Assembly (NCBI GenBank): GCA_949841045.1
Contig: CATKXS010000001.1
Span: 60,717 to 124,716 of the forward strand
Origin: an uncultured Clostridia bacterium
GTDB taxonomy: Bacteria; Bacillota; Clostridia; Christensenellales; UBA1242
Direction: 5' to 3'
Length of the DNA stretch: 64,000 nucleotides
The stretch's first letter is position 1; each line of letters opens with the position of its first letter. The notes beneath the pieces were generated by a model. It was not told the DNA's origin and did no database searches. It was given only the letters and a program-made list of their open reading frames with translations. The position numbers were made by a program, and so were the translations under genes. Shown here piece after piece: positions 58,723 to 64,000 of this stretch.

Positions 58723-60180
58723 ATGTTTGGCGAGATTTTAAAATATGTTATTACCATCGGTGCAGGCATAAACTTTTTGCTCCTAATAGGTATGGTTTTC
58801 CTTGAAAGAAGAAAGCCCGATAATATAATTGCATGGCTTACCATTTTGACTTTCTTGCCAATTGTTGGTTTTGTGCTTTATGTTATATTCGGAAGTGGTC
58901 TCAGCGTGAGAACGAGACGAATGATTAAAAAGAAATCAATTTCAGAACGAGACATCATAAGAAATATTGATGGAATCCAAACCATTGAGCAGGCGAGGCT
59001 TGATGGAATACTAAAAGCAGACCGCGAATTAGTCTCGCTATGCTATTCTTTTGGAGCTTATCCATTACCAAGAAACAATATAAAAGTTTATACAAGCGGT
59101 GACGAAAAGATTAAAGCATTGAAACAAGACCTTTTGAGTGCGAAATCTTCAATTAATATTGAATATTATATCTTTGCTAATGATAGAGTGGGCAAAGAAA
59201 TTATGGAAATTCTTTGTCAAAAAGCAAGAGAAGGGCTTGATGTAAGGTTAATATATGACGCTATAGGTTCTCGTAAGGCTCCAAGACGCTTTTTTAGACA
59301 ACTTGAGAAAGCGGGTGGACAAGTTGGTGAATTCTTTCCTCCTTTTATGAGTATAAGACTTATAAATTTAAAAATAAACTACCGCAACCACAGGAAAGTG
59401 GTGGTAATTGATGGGAAGATTGGTTATACTGGTGGAGTTAATATTAGAGACGACCACATGAGTCGCGACAAAAAACTTAGACCTTGGCGAGATACGCATA
59501 TCAGGCTAGAGGGCAGTGGGGTGTATGGACTTCAAAATATATTTCTAGATGATTGGAGATATTGCAAGAATGACAACACTCCTCCGCGATTATATCTAGA
59601 AAATGGTTTTTTCCCTAGTCCAAAAATCTGCGGAGATGCAACAGTTCAAATATTGTCGTCTGGACCAGATAGTCAAATAAAACAGATTCGAGAAACTTTT
59701 GTTAAAATGATTACCTCAGCAAAGGAGAGAGTCTATATTCAAACTCCATACTTCATACCCGATGATGTATTCTTCTCGGCGCTGAGAATTGCAGTCAAGA
59801 GTGGTGTAGACGTGCGTATAATGGTGCCAAAAGTGCCAGATAAAAGGGCGGTATATTTCGCAACAACATCGTACTTAAAAGAGATGTCTGAAATGGGAAT
59901 AAAAACCTATCTCTATAATGGATTTTTACATAGCAAAGTTATGATAGTAGATAATAATCTACTTTCCATTGGAACATGTAATATGGATAATAGGTCGTTT
60001 GGCTTAAATTTTGAAAATACCGTTTTGATATATTCAGAAATGCTAAACAAACAGCATCAAGAAATCTTTAAAAAAGATATAGAAAACTCATATGAAGTCA
60101 ACATAAACTACTTTCAAAAAAAGAATTCGCTTACAAAAATGTTGCAGGCGATTTTCAGATTGTTGTCTTCATTATTCTAA
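58723..60180 (+). CDS. cls: cardiolipin synthase
   Basis: 485 aa. It has two N-terminal TM helices and two HKD motifs (NYRNHRKVVVIDG; LHSKVMIVDN). An AAAGGAG RBS is present, and the gene starts 31 nt after giant ORF 2. Confidence 0.93.
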   Translation: MFGEILKYVITIGAGINFLLLIGMVFLERRKPDNIIAWLTILTFLPIVGFVLYVIFGSGLSVRTRRMIKKKSISERDIIRNIDGIQTIEQARLDGILKADRELVSLCYSFGAYPLPRNNIKVYTSGDEKIKALKQDLLSAKSSINIEYYIFANDRVGKEIMEILCQKAREGLDVRLIYDAIGSRKAPRRFFRQLEKAGGQVGEFFPPFMSIRLINLKINYRNHRKVVVIDGKIGYTGGVNIRDDHMSRDKKLRPWRDTHIRLEGSGVYGLQNIFLDDWRYCKNDNTPPRLYLENGFFPSPKICGDATVQILSSGPDSQIKQIRETFVKMITSAKERVYIQTPYFIPDDVFFSALRIAVKSGVDVRIMVPKVPDKRAVYFATTSYLKEMSEMGIKTYLYNGFLHSKVMIVDNNLLSIGTCNMDNRSFGLNFENTVLIYSEMLNKQHQEIFKKDIENSYEVNINYFQKKNSLTKMLQAIFRLLSSLF

Positions 60181-60186
60181 AAATAC

Positions 60187-60226
60187 AAAAAAAGACGTAA
60201 TTTTGATGAAAATTACGTCTTTTTTA
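60187..60226. terminator. bidirectional terminator after cls
   Basis: The 13-bp stem AAGACGTAATTTT (60192-60204) pairs with AAAATTACGTCTT (60209-60221) around the loop GATG. It is flanked by an A-run and a T-run. Confidence 0.7.
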
Positions 60227-60242
60227 TTAAATTATCTTTAAT

Positions 60243-61496
60243 TTATGCGTTTGGCGTTCTTCCAAGCTCAGTATTATCTTTGGTTCTTGATTTCAAAGCT
60301 TTAATTGGATTTTCTTTGTCTTGAACACGATAATCCTCGCCAAATTTTTTAATATGATTTTCAATTACAATGTGAGAAGGTGCCTTGTCTGCGTTTTTGA
60401 TATATTTCTTTTGATAAATAAAGAAGTCGCTGTTCGCTGGCAATTTTTTGACATTTATATAACTCTCTCGATTTCCAGTATTATTGACAGTTTTTGCAAT
60501 GATTTCTCTTATATAATCCTTTTGAGGTCTGAATTTTAAAAGCTCTGGGAATTCACCTTTTGGCATAACATCTTGCCAGTCTTTCTTTTCATATTTTCTA
60601 AGAAGTGCGAGTGCCTCATGCAGGTGAGCAAGCTCTTGTTCATAACAAAGTGACCAAATCTCTTTTATATATGGGTCTACCTCATCATTGAGCATTGAAT
60701 AGTAGAGATAGCATTCGACATATTCGTGCATAAGCATATCAACAAATGGAGACGCTGTTGGGTCTATCAAAGAACCATATTGAGTGACATGTTCTTCTTC
60801 AACCATAGCAATCTCACTATAAATTTCACGACCCACTTTATGCTTGTAGAAAGCTCCAAGATTCATATAATAATTCATTGTTTGTTGTTCTGCTGCTGTG
60901 ATGATTGAGACGTCACATAATGCATATGGGTCAGCAGTTTTGTTGTTTATTGGATATTTTACATTGTCAAAAGGGTGTCTAGCGTGAGCTACTGTAGGTC
61001 TAGCTGGCATAATTTCAGTATAGCTTCCAACATAGTTTTCAGCATGCTCTTTCATGTCTGTTTCTAGTAAATTTGCATAACGATAAAGATGGTCAAAGTC
61101 TTCAAGAAGCGCAAAGTCTAAAGCATTCTTAACATTTTTATCTATCTGCCTTTGGGCAAGAATTGCGGTAAGGTCTACAGCAAGCTGTTCATAACCTATA
61201 GTTGTCTCAAGAATATTTTCGTCTGCTGGTTTAAGCGCAGCAATCAACTTTTGCTGTTGTTGTTCGATACTGCGACAAAGCGCCACACGGCGTCTTATAT
61301 CATTGTCAGGACAATGTCTATGAAAATGGTGTTTTGACCAAACGGCTTCATATTCTGTACCATTCATGAGAATGCATCTAACACGCGTGTAAGGGTCAAC
61401 TTCATTTTTGTCATATGGCTTTGGTGCCATTGCTTTTAAACTTAGAATTGTGCTTTCAATTTTTTTTGGTTTTTCTAAAAACGGATTTAAACTCAT
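60243..61496 (-). CDS. ferritin-like (putative di-iron carboxylate) domain protein, 417 aa
   Basis: It has a GGAGG RBS. The helices carry an E / ExxH-like / E / ExxH pattern (GYEQLAVD; LLEDFDHLYRY; TAAEQQTMNYY; MVEEEHVTQY; YEQELAHLHE). The functional call is tentative. Confidence 0.45.
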   Translation of the reverse strand: MSLNPFLEKPKKIESTILSLKAMAPKPYDKNEVDPYTRVRCILMNGTEYEAVWSKHHFHRHCPDNDIRRRVALCRSIEQQQQKLIAALKPADENILETTIGYEQLAVDLTAILAQRQIDKNVKNALDFALLEDFDHLYRYANLLETDMKEHAENYVGSYTEIMPARPTVAHARHPFDNVKYPINNKTADPYALCDVSIITAAEQQTMNYYMNLGAFYKHKVGREIYSEIAMVEEEHVTQYGSLIDPTASPFVDMLMHEYVECYLYYSMLNDEVDPYIKEIWSLCYEQELAHLHEALALLRKYEKKDWQDVMPKGEFPELLKFRPQKDYIREIIAKTVNNTGNRESYINVKKLPANSDFFIYQKKYIKNADKAPSHIVIENHIKKFGEDYRVQDKENPIKALKSRTKDNTELGRTPNA

Positions 61497-61594
61497 ATAA
61501 TTCCTCCAGTATTATGATTACCATTTTAAAAGATAAAATACCAAATAAAGGAGGGAAAGATGAAAATTATTTTTTACAACAAATGTTGATAGCG

Positions 61595-61625
61595 AAAAAA
61601 AAGATGCAAAATTTGCACCTTTTTA
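61595..61625 (-). terminator. terminator of the lipoprotein gene
   Basis: The reverse strand reads GGTGCAA-ATT-TTGCATC (7-bp stem with one G-U pair) followed by T8. Confidence 0.5.
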
Positions 61626-61668
61626 AAATGTTTAAATTTAGTTTTGCTCCTTAAATAACTGGCGATTC

Positions 61669-62592
61669 TTATTGTGGAAGGTAACCGTTCATATCAAGCT
61701 CTTGATAACCGTTAAAACTTGGCATTGAAAGATTGCCAGTGTATTTAGTTACATTCAAGCTTTCTTTAACTGATATAGTAACATTTTCTTGAAGTGTTTC
61801 AACTTTATCAGCGTAAACGGTGAGTGTTGCACTGAAGTTTGCTGCAAAACCTTCAAGCTCATTGTCATTAAATACAATATATACAGTAATGTCATCTAAG
61901 TTGTCGATTGAAAGCATGCTCATATCAGGATTTTCGCTAATGCTAGCGTTAAGAGCAGATTTTACATATTCGCCATTAATTGTAATTTTAAGTTTTGTTG
62001 TTTTTCCGTTTACATATTTTTCAATTAGAATATCTTCACCCCAAGTTGACTCATCAGGGAATAACTCTAAAATTGATGAAAAATCAGTTGTTGTTTCAAT
62101 TGATTCGAGAGGGTATTCGCTCTTTATTCCGTCTAATGCAATATAATATTTTGAGTTTTGTTCAGGATTTTTAATAATCTCAGAAGCGTCAATGTATGCT
62201 TTTGCATCATCAATATAAGCGTTTACATCATAAGTTGATTTTTGGTCACCCATAGGAATTTTAATTGTGTTTTTGCTTACAACTTGAACTTCATCACCTT
62301 TTTCAGTGCCGATATAAGTTAAGTTTTTAGTTTTAGTGTCAGATTTTAGACTGATTTTTAAACCTGAGAAATCAATTTCAGCTTCAGAAAGAATTCTCAT
62401 GTTGTTTGCAAAACTACTAATGTCAGTATTGCAAGCTGAAAGTGTTTCAGAATAACTGCTTGTGCTTACTTCAGTGTAATTTCCTTTTACATCAACTTTA
62501 CCAGCTGGTTCTTTGCTACCACACGCAGTAAGTACTAATGCGCAAGGAACAACAGCAAGACCAAGAGCTAAACATTTAATAGATTTTTTCAT
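61669..62592 (-). CDS. hypothetical lipoprotein (307 aa)
   Basis: MKKSIKCLALGLAVVPCALVLTACGS carries a signal peptide with an LTAC lipobox. It has a GGAGG RBS. Confidence 0.8.
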   Translation of the reverse strand: MKKSIKCLALGLAVVPCALVLTACGSKEPAGKVDVKGNYTEVSTSSYSETLSACNTDISSFANNMRILSEAEIDFSGLKISLKSDTKTKNLTYIGTEKGDEVQVVSKNTIKIPMGDQKSTYDVNAYIDDAKAYIDASEIIKNPEQNSKYYIALDGIKSEYPLESIETTTDFSSILELFPDESTWGEDILIEKYVNGKTTKLKITINGEYVKSALNASISENPDMSMLSIDNLDDITVYIVFNDNELEGFAANFSATLTVYADKVETLQENVTISVKESLNVTKYTGNLSMPSFNGYQELDMNGYLPQ

Positions 62593-62739
62593 TGTTAATA
62601 TCCTCCATTTTTTTACTAAAACTATTATAATCCTCTTGTTTCAAGTTTGTCAATAGATTTTGTAACAATCTTCAAAATTTTTATATGCCTTATTAATGTT
62701 TTGTGTTAACTTTTTATGACTTTAAACACCATGCTTTAG

Positions 62740-62768
62740 TTGTAAAAAGCAAGCATATATGTTATAAT
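62740..62768 (+). promoter_or_regulatory. extended -10 promoter placed for a leaderless U32 peptidase mRNA
   Basis: TTGTAA (62740-62745), a 17-nt spacer ending in TGt, then TATAAT (62763-62768), then aaagtt and ATG 62775. No SD is present. Confidence 0.5.
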
Positions 62769-62774
62769 AAAGTT

Positions 62775-64000
62775 ATGGAAAAGAGTGTTAAAAAGCCAGA
62801 GCTTCTTGCGCCGGCTGGTAATTATGAAAGCTTTATGTCTGCATTAAACAGTGGTGCAGATGCTATATATTTAGGGCTTGGGGATTTTAATGCACGAGGA
62901 AATATAGAAAACTTTAATAGTGAAAATCTTCGTAAAACGATAGAAAAAGCCCATCTTTTTGGTGTAAAAGTTTATTTAACCATAAATACGCTTGTGAAAA
63001 ATGAGGAAATTGACGATATTTTAAATTTGGTTAGATTTGCTCTTAAAAGCAAAGTCGACGCTTTTATAATTCAAGACATCGGTCTTGCATATCTTTTATC
63101 TAAGAAATTTAAAGGCATTGAACTTCACGCTAGTACTCAAATGGGCATTCACAATCTTGAAGGTGTGAAATTTTTGGAACAACTTGGCTATTCAAGAGTT
63201 GTTCTTGCAAGAGAAACACCACTAAGCGAAATTAGAAGAATAAAAGAGGGAAGTAAAGTTGAAATTGAATATTTTATTCAAGGTGCGTTGTGCGTAGGTT
63301 TTTCTGGCAATTGTTATCTGTGCTCTCTACTTGCTGGTGCGAGTGGGAATCGTGGAAAATGTAAGCAGTTTTGTAGACTTCCGTTTAGGCTAGATGGAAA
63401 AGAAGGCTACTATCTAAGTACAAAAGATTTTTGTATGTTGCCTTCACTTAAAGAGCTTGTTGATAGTGGGGTGACAAGTTTAAAAATCGAAGGAAGAGCG
63501 AGAAGACCAGCCTATGTTGCATCAGCGGTGAATGTCTATCGAAAGGCTATTGATAAGGAATTTGACTATGATAAAAAAGACATAGAAAAACTCAAAAAGG
63601 TTTTCAATAGAGGAGATTTTATTGAGGGATATTTTAAAAACGAAAAAATAATTTATCCTTTTGCTCAAAATCATATGGGAGTTGAAATTGGTGAAATAAT
63701 CAATTTTAAAAAGGGAAAAAGATTTAATGAAGCTACTTTAAAATCAAGTCATAATCTCATAAAAGGCGACACAATTAAATTATTTGAGGGTAAAAAAGAG
63801 GTTGCTGTTGTAAGCCCTGTTGATATAAAGACGATAGGAAAAGACTTGTATGTTTTTACCACGACTGCAAACTTAAAAAGGGGATTAAAAGCAAATCTTA
63901 TTGTTGATAGTCAGCTTGAAAAAGAAGAACTTAGCAAAAAGAGGACATTAAATTTAACCGCTTTTGTAGAGGCATTTGAAGGAAAGCCAGCAAAACTTTC
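62775..64000 (+). CDS. peptidase U32 family protein (N-terminal part; continues beyond the window)
   Basis: This ORF is absent from the track because it has no stop inside the window. My translation reads MEKSVKKPELLAPAGNYESFMSALNSGADAIYLGLGDFNARG...VYLTINTLVKNEE...ELHASTQMGIHNLEG...VVLARE...EYFIQGALCVGFSGNCYLCSLLAGASGNRGKCKQFCRLPF. This includes the U32 signature E-x-F-x-x-G-A-L-C-x4-G-x-C-x-L-S. Confidence 0.85.
   Translation, partial: MEKSVKKPELLAPAGNYESFMSALNSGADAIYLGLGDFNARGNIENFNSENLRKTIEKAHLFGVKVYLTINTLVKNEEIDDILNLVRFALKSKVDAFIIQDIGLAYLLSKKFKGIELHASTQMGIHNLEGVKFLEQLGYSRVVLARETPLSEIRRIKEGSKVEIEYFIQGALCVGFSGNCYLCSLLAGASGNRGKCKQFCRLPFRLDGKEGYYLSTKDFCMLPSLKELVDSGVTSLKIEGRARRPAYVASAVNVYRKAIDKEFDYDKKDIEKLKKVFNRGDFIEGYFKNEKIIYPFAQNHMGVEIGEIINFKKGKRFNEATLKSSHNLIKGDTIKLFEGKKEVAVVSPVDIKTIGKDLYVFTTTANLKRGLKANLIVDSQLEKEELSKKRTLNLTAFVEAFEGKPAKL

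Noticed and set aside
1-64000. A genomic island or mobile element interpretation of the giant-gene regions.
   Set aside because: No integrase, transposase, tRNA attachment site or flanking direct repeats are present. The composition looks uniform with the surrounding core genes.

Overview
This is a 64-kb chromosomal segment from a low-GC, AT-rich organism of Bacillota (Gram-positive) type. The lineage call rests on a T-box leader, a dimeric-type glyQS and a class B PBP with a PASTA domain. nrdDG points to an anaerobe, and the standard code applies because TGA is a stop at 41164-41166. All calls were made by eye from the sequence and the supplied ORF track; no searches were run. The backbone is housekeeping: a partial ttcA-like PP-loop ATPase, uvrB, uvrA, an MBL-fold hydrolase, metG, nrdG-nrdD with NrdR boxes, and a reduced dcw block (CvpA-fusion protein, rsmH, FtsL-like protein, class B PBP). 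It continues with two tandem YugP-type Zn peptidases, glyQS behind a Gly T-box, an ABC-F ATPase, cardiolipin synthase, a ferritin-like protein, a lipoprotein and a partial U32 peptidase. I saw no rRNA, tRNA, CRISPR array, transposase, integrase or phage genes. The most striking content is two uninterrupted giant ORFs that together occupy 29.9 kb, or 47 percent of the window. (1) ORF 876-20288 encodes 6,470 aa, is lipobox-anchored, and carries at least six blocks of GLUG-type glycine motifs. It is flanked at its 3' end by a divergent pair of tail-anchored winged-helix paralogs. (2) ORF 48252-58691 encodes about 3,480 aa, has an N-terminal signal anchor and no motif I recognise, and sits 31 nt upstream of cls. 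Secondary observations follow. Four SD-less genes share a TATAAT-N6-ATG geometry that suggests leaderless mRNAs. Tandem repeats re-copy the 3' ends of nrdD (28 bp x4) and of the ABC-F gene (65 bp x3, with synonymous-only differences in one copy). A 66-nt element with a CGAAC-N4-GTTC core occurs twice. A 345-bp spacer is packed with 13-bp odd-centred palindromes. The MetRS HIGH motif reads TLGN, and the ABC-F second Walker A is degenerate.
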